DNA of 64,000 nucleotides from a virus. The stretch is from positions 1 to 64,000 of IMG/VR virus record IMGVR_UViG_3300042923_001459, one strand, 5' to 3'. Under the pieces are notes generated by a model, which worked only from the letters and a program-made list of their open reading frames with translations, was not told where the DNA came from and made no database searches. Of this stretch, positions 18,761 through 27,914 are shown one piece after another (the first letter of the stretch is position 1; each line of letters opens with the position of its first letter). The translations under genes were made by a program, and so were the position numbers.

Positions 18761-19063
18761 TTAATCCACTCCCATAATCTTCATTAAATATCTATCATTC
18801 TTTCTCCAATAAATCAATCTTTCCATGAATCTAATTTGATGCATTGAGAATTCTTCTAAGTCTTCGTCATCAAATAATAATTTTTCTACGTTGTAAAGTA
18901 TTGGCTCATCAAAAATCTTAACATTGGCAAATGCAGTGTATCTATCAATAAAGCACCAAAAGCATTTATTAGGGCATGTTGAATAACCATACTTGTCTTC
19001 GTCAAACATCTTGCTTCTACATATTGGGCATTCTCCAAGTTTAAAATTTATTTTATTTCGCAT
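18761..19063 (-). CDS. CPIC/WKENDRY family, copy 19
   Basis: CPIC...CPNKCF...YWRKNDRYL. Confidence 0.85.
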   Translation of the reverse strand: MRNKINFKLGECPICRSKMFDEDKYGYSTCPNKCFWCFIDRYTAFANVKIFDEPILYNVEKLLFDDEDLEEFSMHQIRFMERLIYWRKNDRYLMKIMGVD

Positions 19064-19077
19064 TTATATCACCTATT

Positions 19078-19359
19078 TTATACATTCATTATTTTTACTA
19101 AGTACCGATCGTTTTCTTTCCAAAAATTAATTTTCTCTTTAACTGCTATTTCCGTCTCTTTCTTATACTCATCATAATGACATCTAACCATTTCTTCAAA
19201 AATTAGAAAAGTATGAACTTCTGGTTCACCTAACCAATAAACATATTCATAACATTTATTTTTACAACAAATTCTATACAGATAACTTTCTTTTGTTTGC
19301 ATTTTAGATCCACATATGGGACAAATCTCTTTTTCACAATAAATATCTATTTTACTCAC
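19078..19359 (-). CDS. CPIC/WKENDRY family, copy 20
   Basis: IDIYCEKEICPIC...CKNKCY...FWKENDRYL. Confidence 0.85.
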   Translation of the reverse strand: MSKIDIYCEKEICPICGSKMQTKESYLYRICCKNKCYEYVYWLGEPEVHTFLIFEEMVRCHYDEYKKETEIAVKEKINFWKENDRYLVKIMNV

Positions 19360-19654
19360 CTGCCATTATCCCAATTAAATATCTATCATTTTCTTTCCAA
19401 TATCTGATTGTTTGTTCAATTTTATCTCTAGTTGCTTTATAACTAATAAAATAAGAATCATCATGAAATAAAGATATGTAAGGATCTTTATTGAAAAATC
19501 GAAAGACAGAATAGCTATTATTGTTTCCAATAAAATAACAGGCATTTTTACATTGAAACATTTTATCCGATAGATCCCAACCATCATATTGATCAAGTTC
19601 AATCAACAAACTATCACAAATAGGACATTTTCCATCACTACAATGAATATCCAT
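19352..19654 (-). CDS. CPIC/WKENDRY family, copy 21
   Basis: MDIHCSDGKCPIC...CKNACY...YWKENDRYL. Confidence 0.85.
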   Translation of the reverse strand: MDIHCSDGKCPICDSLLIELDQYDGWDLSDKMFQCKNACYFIGNNNSYSVFRFFNKDPYISLFHDDSYFISYKATRDKIEQTIRYWKENDRYLIGIMAGE

Positions 19655-19669
19655 GTGTCATTTCTCCCA

Positions 19670-20636
19670 TTAACTCTTCTTTTTATTTTTAGTTTCAACA
19701 TTGCCTAAACTTGTAAGTATATCTGCTCTTTTCTTTCGCTCTTCTTTACTAAATTCAGTATACCAAACACTCTTGCACATTTTATATTTGAAATGAACTC
19801 CAAATTTTGTTAAATCCGTACGAGCATTAATGTTTGTATTATTAAATAAAGATTTAATGATTTTTATTTGACCGTCATAAAACTCAATATGTTTACTATC
19901 AGTTGAATGTATTAGATGTTTCATCCAGTCTTTATAATAATTAGAACAAACTAAACATTGTTCATAATTATCTTTAATTAATTGCTCGTCATCTGATTTA
20001 TAAAATTCTGGATTATCTCTAACATTTTTTTTATCATTTTCCCATAACGGAAGTTTATGAGAAAACCATCTTTCTAATTTTCTATATCTGTCTCTTTCAA
20101 TTACAATTAATTTCCTTTCACCATATTGTTCTTTAAACAGTTTTACCTTTTCAATTGCATCAGTTTCCCATTTCCCTTTTACTTCTATATATCTATAGAT
20201 ATTTAGGTAAATAGAAATCTACATTGTAAGCAAACTTTAAATTACCACATTCATCATATAAGGGCATAGATGTTTCTTCGAACTTATAATCTATATTTTT
20301 TAGTTTTAATATTCTAGCAATATTTGCTTCCCAAGTTGCTCTAAAATATTGATTGTTTAAATCTCCACGTTTACCACCAATACTTCTTCCAAAACCTTTA
20401 GAAACTTTTCTTTTTCCATCGGCAAAGTCTTGTTTTGCTTGTCGAGAACGTTCTTCCTTTGTTTCAACTTTATTTTTCTTTATTTTGTCTATGATTTTTT
20501 GAGATGTTATTGGTGAGTTCAGGAATTTTTCTTTATATTCATCAACAGTCATATTGTGTTTATTTTTTATGTGTACATTTAATTGCATTTTTTTCTCTTT
20601 GCATATCCTACAAACGACATATTCATAACTATCCAT
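19670..20636 (-). pseudogene. zinc-finger / PD-(D/E)XK endonuclease (homing-endonuclease-like), one frameshift near 20195
   Basis: ORF 20193..20636 (CRIC..HIKNKH; FRATWEAN; VDFYLPKY) continues in another frame as YIEVKGKW...CLVC...MKHLIH into ORF 19670..19924; span 967 = 3n+1. Confidence 0.75.
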
Positions 20637-20700
20637 TAGATTGTTTCCATCCTTACATTTTTAAATATCATATAAAAAATAGCTTAATAAATAAACAAAT

Positions 20701-20730
20701 AAAAAAGGAGTGGATTTCTCCACTCCTTCT
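20701..20730 (-). terminator. terminator after major capsid gene
   Basis: AAGGAGTGGA/TCCACTCCTT stem plus T-tract. Confidence 0.8.
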
Positions 20731-20746
20731 ATATGATTTCTTAAGA

Positions 20747-21595
20747 TTAAGAAATTGTGATTTTTGCGATAGCTAAGCTATTTACTACGGCCAAGCCTAT
20801 TTCTTCGTAAATAACCCACCCAAGGCGTAGCTCTTCTGGTTTGTCGGCTGGGATGACTTGGATATCTTGACGAATTGGCATTACGCCAACGAACTCAGGG
20901 TCAGCCATTACATAAACTACGCCCATTGGAACTTTCTTACTGATAAGGATATCAGCAGTCCAGATGTGTCCAAAAAGACCAGTTTGTAATACTTCGTGTT
21001 GAGTTACTGGATCGAATTCGTTTTGTCCCCATGAACGGATGTCAGCGAACTGAGAAGCGTTCATAACGATTTTAGTAACAACAAGGTCATGCTTTTCGAT
21101 TTCTTGGAAAGCTTTTGTTAAAGCAGTACGTTGTAAACCACCAGTGGATACTGTTACTGGGTTAACTGCAGTTGCTGAAGAATCAAGCAATGCGAAGATT
21201 TCAGCATCTTCAACAGCCATGATATCGGATTTAGCACGTTGTTGAGCACGGTCGATAACATTGAAACGACGCTCTTTAACTTGGCTAAAACGAACTTGTG
21301 GGTATGAAACGATTTCGAAAGTAGGAACTTGAATTCTGTCGCCTTCGATTACTTGATCAGGTACTTGACCACGTTTTGAGATAACGAACGCTTTAGCATC
21401 AACGTCTTTATCGTAAACAGGCAATGCGCCTTGTGGTAATGGATCTACTACTAACAATTTACGTCCTACTCCTTGATAGTCAAGGGATACACGAATTGGG
21501 TTAGCCATAGCTTGAGCTAGAGCAACTCTTCCTTCTTCTGTTTCAAGAGCTTTAGAAATTAAAAATTCTTTTTGATCATTTGTTAATTCACTCAT
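20747..21595 (-). CDS. major capsid protein (HK97 fold)
   Basis: LAQAMANPIRVSLDYQGVGRKLLVVDPLPQG, FEIVSYPQV, GWVIYEEIG pattern (recalled similarity to Bxz1/Myrna-type capsids); strong SD and own terminator. Confidence 0.85.
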   Translation of the reverse strand: MSELTNDQKEFLISKALETEEGRVALAQAMANPIRVSLDYQGVGRKLLVVDPLPQGALPVYDKDVDAKAFVISKRGQVPDQVIEGDRIQVPTFEIVSYPQVRFSQVKERRFNVIDRAQQRAKSDIMAVEDAEIFALLDSSATAVNPVTVSTGGLQRTALTKAFQEIEKHDLVVTKIVMNASQFADIRSWGQNEFDPVTQHEVLQTGLFGHIWTADILISKKVPMGVVYVMADPEFVGVMPIRQDIQVIPADKPEELRLGWVIYEEIGLAVVNSLAIAKITIS

Positions 21596-21622
21596 TTTTG
21601 ACACCTCCATTTTTCCTTTAGA

Positions 21623-22153
21623 TTAGATGAATAGGATAAATCCGATAAAGTCTCCGCCATTAGCAGCAGTTCCTGCGTGTGCATACATGTTACCAGCTGT
21701 GAAAGCACCTACGTGTGTGCAAACACCAAGAGCTTTGTGAGTTGGGTTAGCAACTAAGTCAAGTTTAACTAATTTACCGTTTGCATCAGAAGTAATTTGG
21801 TCACCAACAGCGATTGTAGCTGTAGTAGCTGTAGTACGTGATACTGAAACATAATATTCTCCGCCGCGGAAGTAGAAAGTTGCTTTCAAAGAAGCATTAA
21901 TCATATCTCCCAAATCTTCACGGAATAAACCGATTGCATCTTTACCGCCTGCAGTTGCAAGACCTACTCCGTCTGCTTTTATAGCTGCAAATTTACCAGC
22001 AAGTTCACCTGTTACACCTGTACCGTCATTACCACCAGTAGCAACTATAGCTGCTGAAACGTCATGTGCGCCGTTTAAAGTTCCCTCGTAACCAAGTCTT
22101 ACAAATGGTGTAGAGTTATAAGTAGGACCGAATTTTTTGAATCCACCTGCCAT
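21623..22153 (-). CDS. head decoration/cement protein
   Basis: Gly/Ala-rich 176 aa directly upstream of the MCP; VGDQITSDANGKL...ALGVC. Confidence 0.65.
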   Translation of the reverse strand: MAGGFKKFGPTYNSTPFVRLGYEGTLNGAHDVSAAIVATGGNDGTGVTGELAGKFAAIKADGVGLATAGGKDAIGLFREDLGDMINASLKATFYFRGGEYYVSVSRTTATTATIAVGDQITSDANGKLVKLDLVANPTHKALGVCTHVGAFTAGNMYAHAGTAANGGDFIGFILFI

Positions 22154-22427
22154 GTTAAAACACCTCCGAGTGTCATTTACAAAATTTATTATTGTATTGA
22201 TTGGATTTTCCGAGACTGGCTATATTTGAATCTGAGAAAAGAAAGGGTGCGAGTGCGTTATCTAATCTCTTCTTCTTCAAAGTGAAGCATCATGGTCTCT
22301 TTTGTTCTCTTTCGTATTAGAAATATGGAATCTTGAAGTTTATATAACCGCTGATTTAAAATATTTGTAAGTTTTTTTCACTTTATTTTAGACCAGATTA
22401 AACGCCCTTCTTGATTTAATACTATTA

Positions 22428-22457
22428 TTAAAGGAGAGCTATTGTGCTCCCCTTTAA
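22428..22457 (-). terminator. hairpin/terminator after holin
   Basis: TTAAAGGAGAGC/GCTCCCCTTTAA inverted repeat. Confidence 0.55.
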
Positions 22458-22481
22458 TTATTTTAAAAAGAGTAACTTTTT

Positions 22482-22865
22482 TTAAATATTTATTGTAACA
22501 TCTTTGCTTTCTTCCTTCTTGCTAGTTGCTTTTCCCCATTCTTCGCCGAACTGATCTTTAAGTTCACGAATGGTTGCTTCAACTAAACCTCTAATCTCTT
22601 TCTCTTCCACCTTAATTCCTTTAGAAGCTAACGTAGTAATAATCCATTCAATCGCATGGTCCAATTTTTCACCAGATTCGAAAGTTTGTTCAGCGTACTT
22701 AACGCCCATCTCAACAATTTGTTTAATCAAATGTGATTGCTCTTGAATTTTCTTCATATTTTCTACGCCAATTTTCTTTTTCAGGAAAGCGATTAAAAAA
22801 CCAACACCGACAGTAACTAAAGCATAAGCCAAATCTTGAATTAACGCCATAAATAATTCGTTCAT
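22482..22865 (-). CDS. holin, LL-H family-like
   Basis: Single N-terminal TM; VKYAEQ...GEKLDHA...IRGLVEATI. Confidence 0.75.
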   Translation of the reverse strand: MNELFMALIQDLAYALVTVGVGFLIAFLKKKIGVENMKKIQEQSHLIKQIVEMGVKYAEQTFESGEKLDHAIEWIITTLASKGIKVEEKEIRGLVEATIRELKDQFGEEWGKATSKKEESKDVTINI

Positions 22866-22879
22866 CCTAATGCACCTCC

Positions 22880-23371
22880 TTAAATATCGTCCGTGAAACG
22901 ATTTGAATCTTTGAAAATCTCAGTTGAACCAGACTCGCTCAATTCACTAGAAGTACTAGGTGTGTCGATTTCATTTAAGCTTTTCGACTGCTGTTGTTCC
23001 TTGCTGTTTGGTACAACCATATTCTTAATAGCAGTAGTAACACCAGATATAACACCTGGAATGGTATCTATCATATTAAATTGTGATTTTACGAAAGAAC
23101 TACCACCACTTAAGACTAAAGCAGTTAATAACCAACCTTCCCATGGCTTAGAAAAGTTAATATTGAGGTATCTAAAGAGATCGAAATTGCCCTCCATACA
23201 TACAACATAACTTATTCCTAACACAACGAAATAAGCAATCCACCATTCAAACTGATCTGGTAGTCTTGGAATACGTTTCATGATAGCTTGCAGAACCAAA
23301 GTAATTCTATCAGCCATAACAGAAATTAAAGCTAAAGCAATAAAAGGAATAATTAATGCAACAATTTCCAT
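22880..23371 (-). CDS. membrane protein, putative holin/antiholin
   Basis: Three hydrophobic segments, LTALVLSGGS; lies between endolysin and holin. Confidence 0.6.
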   Translation of the reverse strand: MEIVALIIPFIALALISVMADRITLVLQAIMKRIPRLPDQFEWWIAYFVVLGISYVVCMEGNFDLFRYLNINFSKPWEGWLLTALVLSGGSSFVKSQFNMIDTIPGVISGVTTAIKNMVVPNSKEQQQSKSLNEIDTPSTSSELSESGSTEIFKDSNRFTDDI

Positions 23372-23389
23372 TGCGAGCACCTCCTATAG

Positions 23390-25399
23390 TTATCTCACAA
23401 AGAATATTTCTTGAGCCTTTGTATCATACTTAGCTGCATAACCAAATGCTTTAGCGATACCAGTTGCTCTAACAAACCCTTTCCCATCAATAATTAAAGC
23501 TTCCATGTCTGAGTTTCCAAGATGAGCTACCGTGTAATACACATCTATGTTTACAATTTGCTTGTCACCTGGAGCATCGTATGGTTTTCTTGCGGGAGGT
23601 AAACTAGATATAACAATCTCACTCGTTTGATTATCAAATAGTGCTTTCTGATTAAATCTATCGGCAATATCTGAAGCTCTTACGTAACCTTTACCATCAA
23701 CAACAACTGATAAGATTTTGTAGCTATCAATATTTGTAAATGTATAGAAAACATCTTTCTTTTCCGTACGTTTTACAAATTCTTCATTATCAGATGTAGG
23801 TTTTTCTTGTGGTACTGGTTTTGTAGCGGGTGGTGTAGTACCAACAGCAGTCTTCATTGCTTCAAACATTTTTACAATATCTTGACCGTAGGTCGCGTTA
23901 TTTTTAAATGCCTCATCAAATGAAGTGTATTTATTTTTGTCAAATCCAGGAACTGCCCAACGACCGCCAAGATCTTCAAATGAGTTAGCATTTTTGTTTA
24001 AACTTTGTACTAACTTGAAACGCGGGTCGATTACTTGAATGCCATTTGGAAGTGGTTGATTTGTGATGTAAGCCCATAAATGTTGCATGTGAGCCATTAC
24101 ACCTTCTTCAACTGTTGCAAATGAAGCACCCTTTACTCCGCCACCAGTAGTTCCAAGACCGCAGAAATTATTTTGATCCGCAGTTACATCTCCGCCAAAT
24201 TTAAACCATCCAGTTTCCTTGATAGCTTGGCAAATAGCGATATCTCCGCGAATGCCTAATTGAGCACCGATTTTGATATATGCCTTACCAACTGATGGAG
24301 CTTTGGGATTACGTTGTTTGATGTATGCATCTATAGCATCTCCATCAGTAACTTCAGATAAACCTTTAATTAAAGTGCCCTTAACTGGAGTAGGTTGTGG
24401 AGTTGGAATAGTTTTTTTAGCAGGGTTTTCATCCTGGTGTTTATCGAAAGTATAGATACCATCTGGGTCTGTCATGACAACACCTGGGTAGCCGTTGTTG
24501 TATAATTGCCAGCCTCTGTCGTATCCTTCTTTTTTGTTGAAATATACTTCGATAACGCCATTTACATTTAATCTATATGCATAAGGGTTATCTTCGGGGT
24601 GTTTAGCAAAAGTATATACACCGTCTGGTTCGATTGCAAAGACATCTTTGTATCCAGCCTTTAGCAAGTCCCAACCTCTCTTATAGGCTTCTTCAACAGT
24701 GTCATAATGTTCTTCTACACCATTTACGTTAATCTTGAAAACTTTTTTAGCTGGAATATTACTCCAGACCCAGTTTCCAGTAGCTATTTCACGAACTGAT
24801 GAATTAGACCATTTTTTAGCTTCTTGAACGGCATCATCGTAGTCAGCAAATTTACTTAGCAAATTGTCGTTTTGATAAACGTTGTATTTTGGTGTAGCGC
24901 TTTGATTTAGTACTTTTTTAACATCAGCAATAAAACTAGCCATTGATTGACCATGATCTGCAAAGTAATCATCTGGATCAGAATGATTTGTTTCGCGCCA
25001 TTGTTGAGAGCACCAGTGATGCGAGTGAATAGCTTCACTAGGGTTCCATCCGTATCGTTTACACATATCAGCTACTAACCACACGCCTCTTTTCCAAATT
25101 TCTTGGAATTTAGCTTCTTCATCAAAATGACATAATTCAATACCAACATACCTTTTATTTGCTGTAGGGCCGGCGTGCCAAGCTTGTTCGTTTTCTGGAA
25201 TGAATTTAGAAATAGAATCGTAATCTACAAAATAGTGAGCAGATGCATTTCTATTTCCGCCGCAGAAGTAACGGTATTCCGCTTCATCTGTAGCATTTGG
25301 AGTTGCTGTTTCGTGAATAATTACGCCGACTGGGTTTAATCTTGTACCTGGGCGGTTCACGCCAGCAGGAAGCAACGTGTCTTTAACTTGATATCCCAT
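23390..25399 (-). CDS. multidomain endolysin: Amidase_2 + glucosaminidase + repeated binding modules
   Basis: IIHETA/ASAHYFVD/AWHAG/GIELC/HSDP amidase; QAIKETG...QNNFCGLG glucosaminidase; two internal and two C-terminal repeats. Confidence 0.88.
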   Translation of the reverse strand: MGYQVKDTLLPAGVNRPGTRLNPVGVIIHETATPNATDEAEYRYFCGGNRNASAHYFVDYDSISKFIPENEQAWHAGPTANKRYVGIELCHFDEEAKFQEIWKRGVWLVADMCKRYGWNPSEAIHSHHWCSQQWRETNHSDPDDYFADHGQSMASFIADVKKVLNQSATPKYNVYQNDNLLSKFADYDDAVQEAKKWSNSSVREIATGNWVWSNIPAKKVFKINVNGVEEHYDTVEEAYKRGWDLLKAGYKDVFAIEPDGVYTFAKHPEDNPYAYRLNVNGVIEVYFNKKEGYDRGWQLYNNGYPGVVMTDPDGIYTFDKHQDENPAKKTIPTPQPTPVKGTLIKGLSEVTDGDAIDAYIKQRNPKAPSVGKAYIKIGAQLGIRGDIAICQAIKETGWFKFGGDVTADQNNFCGLGTTGGGVKGASFATVEEGVMAHMQHLWAYITNQPLPNGIQVIDPRFKLVQSLNKNANSFEDLGGRWAVPGFDKNKYTSFDEAFKNNATYGQDIVKMFEAMKTAVGTTPPATKPVPQEKPTSDNEEFVKRTEKKDVFYTFTNIDSYKILSVVVDGKGYVRASDIADRFNQKALFDNQTSEIVISSLPPARKPYDAPGDKQIVNIDVYYTVAHLGNSDMEALIIDGKGFVRATGIAKAFGYAAKYDTKAQEIFFVR

Positions 25400-25466
25400 C
25401 GTTTTTCACCTCAATAAAAAATTTAAATTGAAAGACCTACCTCAATCTATCAATTCATATTTATAT

Positions 25467-25500
25467 AAAAAAAGATGTCACTATAATAATAGTAACATCT
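25467..25500 (-). terminator. intrinsic terminator
   Basis: GATGTTACTATT/TATAGTGACATC stem plus T7. Confidence 0.7.
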
Positions 25501-25564
25501 TATATAAAATTTACCTTCTCTTACTGTTTCTTTAGTTCCAGAAAAATTAATAGTTTTATTTTTA

Positions 25565-27070
25565 TTATCTACCAATTCTTAGGTTACTACCTTTTTTTGG
25601 AGTTCCCGACCAGCCCATATCGCTAAATAGATCGGCAAACTTTGCACCAGCATTCATATCTTTATTTGGAATATTAATAGGTGTAGTTAAACCTTGCAAA
25701 TTATTAAAACTTGAAAAATCTAACCCAGTATCAGCCTTTCTATTAATAGCTTTTCTTTCTTGACTGGCTGTGGCTAATTTTCTTGATTCATTACTACCAG
25801 AATTTCCACTAGTTTGTGATGAAAAATCTCCAACATTAGCTCTAAAATTAGATGCTAGACCACCATTTTCAAAGAAAGAAGTATCTCCCATTTCAATTCC
25901 ATCTACAGAACGACCTGGTTTCACTGACTTTTTCATAGCTTCTTTAGTTCTAGCATATTCTTGACCATCTTCAATATCAGAATAATCGTCATCACCAAGA
26001 AGGGCTTCAATTTCAGCGGCGTCAGCAGCGGAAGCTAATTTTGTTCCAAGAATTGCTTGCTTATATGTTTCAAATGCTTGGTCATCCATAGCCATAATTG
26101 CTGCCATTTGTAATTCTACAACTTCTTCAGCTTTACCAAGCATTCCTTTCTTTTGCATAAGATCAATTATTTCACTTGCAGCTTTTTCTTTGATTTTTTG
26201 AATATCAATTTCATTTACTTGAGCTTGCAATTCATTAACCTTTCTTTGCAACTTAACCTTCTCAATGTCAATGTCGCCTTCAACTTCTTCATCTTCACTT
26301 GACTCAGTAGAACTTAAAGCATTATTGATGGTTTGTTCTAATCCACTCTTTGGAAAAGAAGGAGTTTCTAAAGGACTAACACGTTCTTGTACTGGATCAA
26401 CATATGCTTTCTTTAAAAACTTTGAAGCATCCGATAGATTCATACGTTCACGTGTGTTATCATTCCAAACCACAGAAACAATATTACGACCAATAAAAGC
26501 AACCTTACCCTTTAAACCCATTTCTTCATCTTCAACTTGGTCTCCAGCTTGAAAAGTATCGGTTTGTGTAGGTTTTGTTTCTTCTACCTTTAGTTCATCT
26601 AAACTAAATCTTCCATTGGGGCTAGTTCTATCAATTGCTTCTTCTTGATTAATTTGCTCGTAAAAATCTTGGGCGGTTTCTTTGATTTTATTAACCTCAT
26701 CTTCACGAGGATTGTTTGGTAAAGCATATGTTTCAGGGCTCAAATCCATTTTATCGTAAATTTGAGGTTTGTTCTTAATTCTATAAGAACGTTGTCTATG
26801 ATCTTGAACAACTGCAATAGGATCAAATGTAACTACGGGAGTATTTTGAACTAACGGATTAGAATTATTAATTGTAACTTCTGGTTGAACGTTGTAAAGT
26901 TCTTCGTTGTTCTTGTTATCATCCGGATCGTTAGCATGATAACCAACTCTCTTGTCTTCATTTGGATATTGATAGTCCCCTTCTTGTTTTCCATCAAAAG
27001 GATAAGTGTGTGCATATTCTTGCTCAGTTTGTCTTGCGACTTTTTGTCTTGCATCAATTCTATTACTCAC
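25565..27070 (-). CDS. putative head scaffolding/internal protein
   Basis: Acidic, coiled-coil 501 aa between protease and capsid genes. Confidence 0.5.
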   Translation of the reverse strand: MSNRIDARQKVARQTEQEYAHTYPFDGKQEGDYQYPNEDKRVGYHANDPDDNKNNEELYNVQPEVTINNSNPLVQNTPVVTFDPIAVVQDHRQRSYRIKNKPQIYDKMDLSPETYALPNNPREDEVNKIKETAQDFYEQINQEEAIDRTSPNGRFSLDELKVEETKPTQTDTFQAGDQVEDEEMGLKGKVAFIGRNIVSVVWNDNTRERMNLSDASKFLKKAYVDPVQERVSPLETPSFPKSGLEQTINNALSSTESSEDEEVEGDIDIEKVKLQRKVNELQAQVNEIDIQKIKEKAASEIIDLMQKKGMLGKAEEVVELQMAAIMAMDDQAFETYKQAILGTKLASAADAAEIEALLGDDDYSDIEDGQEYARTKEAMKKSVKPGRSVDGIEMGDTSFFENGGLASNFRANVGDFSSQTSGNSGSNESRKLATASQERKAINRKADTGLDFSSFNNLQGLTTPINIPNKDMNAGAKFADLFSDMGWSGTPKKGSNLRIGR

Positions 27071-27102
27071 CTTTGCTCTCCCCTTTCTATATTTGAATAT
27101 AC

Positions 27103-27912
27103 TTAAATTCTATTATTATCAAAATCTTTGTCAGACTTTTCAACTTTTTCTTGATCTTCATCATCTTTTTGTTTAAGTCTAGACTTAGGTTGCTCATGCT
27201 GTTCGTGTCCTTCAGGTTTTGCTGGAGGATGTGCAGGAATTGGAGCATGTGGAGATGGAGAATTTGGAAGAGCTGGTACAGCTTCTGGAGCTTCTGGCTT
27301 TTCCGGACCAGGTGATTGTGGAGCTTCACTTGGTGATTTTGGTGTATCTATTTTGTCTTCAAGACTATCTCCGTTACCTTCAGGTTTTTGTTCTTCCTTT
27401 GGTTCAGGATTCTTGTTTTCATCAGTGACTTCTTGTTGGCGTTGATATATAGCATTAATGTCCATGTTTTCAATGTCAAAAACAACATCATAAATTGATT
27501 GTGCAGATGTTTCAAGATTTTTCTTTTTACCTTGAATCATTTCAGTTAACGCAGGATCGTTTTTCATTACTCGAGAAGCTTGATCAACAAAGAACTTGTA
27601 ATCTTCAATAGATTTTAAAACATCTCTACCTTTATCACTAATTTGGTCTAATTGTGATTGAAACATATTAATTGGCATCATTGCTATTTTTTTAAGACGA
27701 GTATTTTTAGTCATAGTTACCACCTGTTTCTTTTCTTCTTTTTTAACTAAACGTTCAACTGTTTTTTCATTCATCATTTTTGAATAAGACTGTTCGTCAC
27801 TATCCTTAAATGTATCATCATGTTGATCTGGAAAAGAAGGATAAGCAGGAGTAGTTTTTAAAACTAACTCCCTTACATCCGGATTTTCATCATTAGCAAT
27901 TAATCTTTTCAT
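27103..27912 (-). CDS. hypothetical head-region protein (Pro-rich tail)
   Basis: MKRLIA start, internal TRLKKIA. Confidence 0.7.
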   Translation of the reverse strand: MKRLIANDENPDVRELVLKTTPAYPSFPDQHDDTFKDSDEQSYSKMMNEKTVERLVKKEEKKQVVTMTKNTRLKKIAMMPINMFQSQLDQISDKGRDVLKSIEDYKFFVDQASRVMKNDPALTEMIQGKKKNLETSAQSIYDVVFDIENMDINAIYQRQQEVTDENKNPEPKEEQKPEGNGDSLEDKIDTPKSPSEAPQSPGPEKPEAPEAVPALPNSPSPHAPIPAHPPAKPEGHEQHEQPKSRLKQKDDEDQEKVEKSDKDFDNNRI

Positions 27913-27914
27913 AA

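Noticed and set aside
214-19654. The recurring ~26-bp TATTGGAAAGAAAATGATAGATA-like sequence as CRISPR repeats or integron attC sites
   Set aside because: It lies in frame within ORFs, varies at synonymous positions, is irregularly spaced and is not palindromic; no cas or integrase gene is in the window.
214-19654. Diversity-generating retroelement behind the CPIC variability
   Set aside because: No reverse transcriptase and no near-identical TR/VR pair differing only at adenines.
20193-20195. TAG read-through or alternative genetic code
   Set aside because: The continuation is in a different frame, and other genes are intact under code 11, several ending in TAG.
20747-21595. Encapsulin nanocompartment shell
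   Set aside because: Portal, terminase, protease and lysis genes in the same module indicate a true phage capsid.
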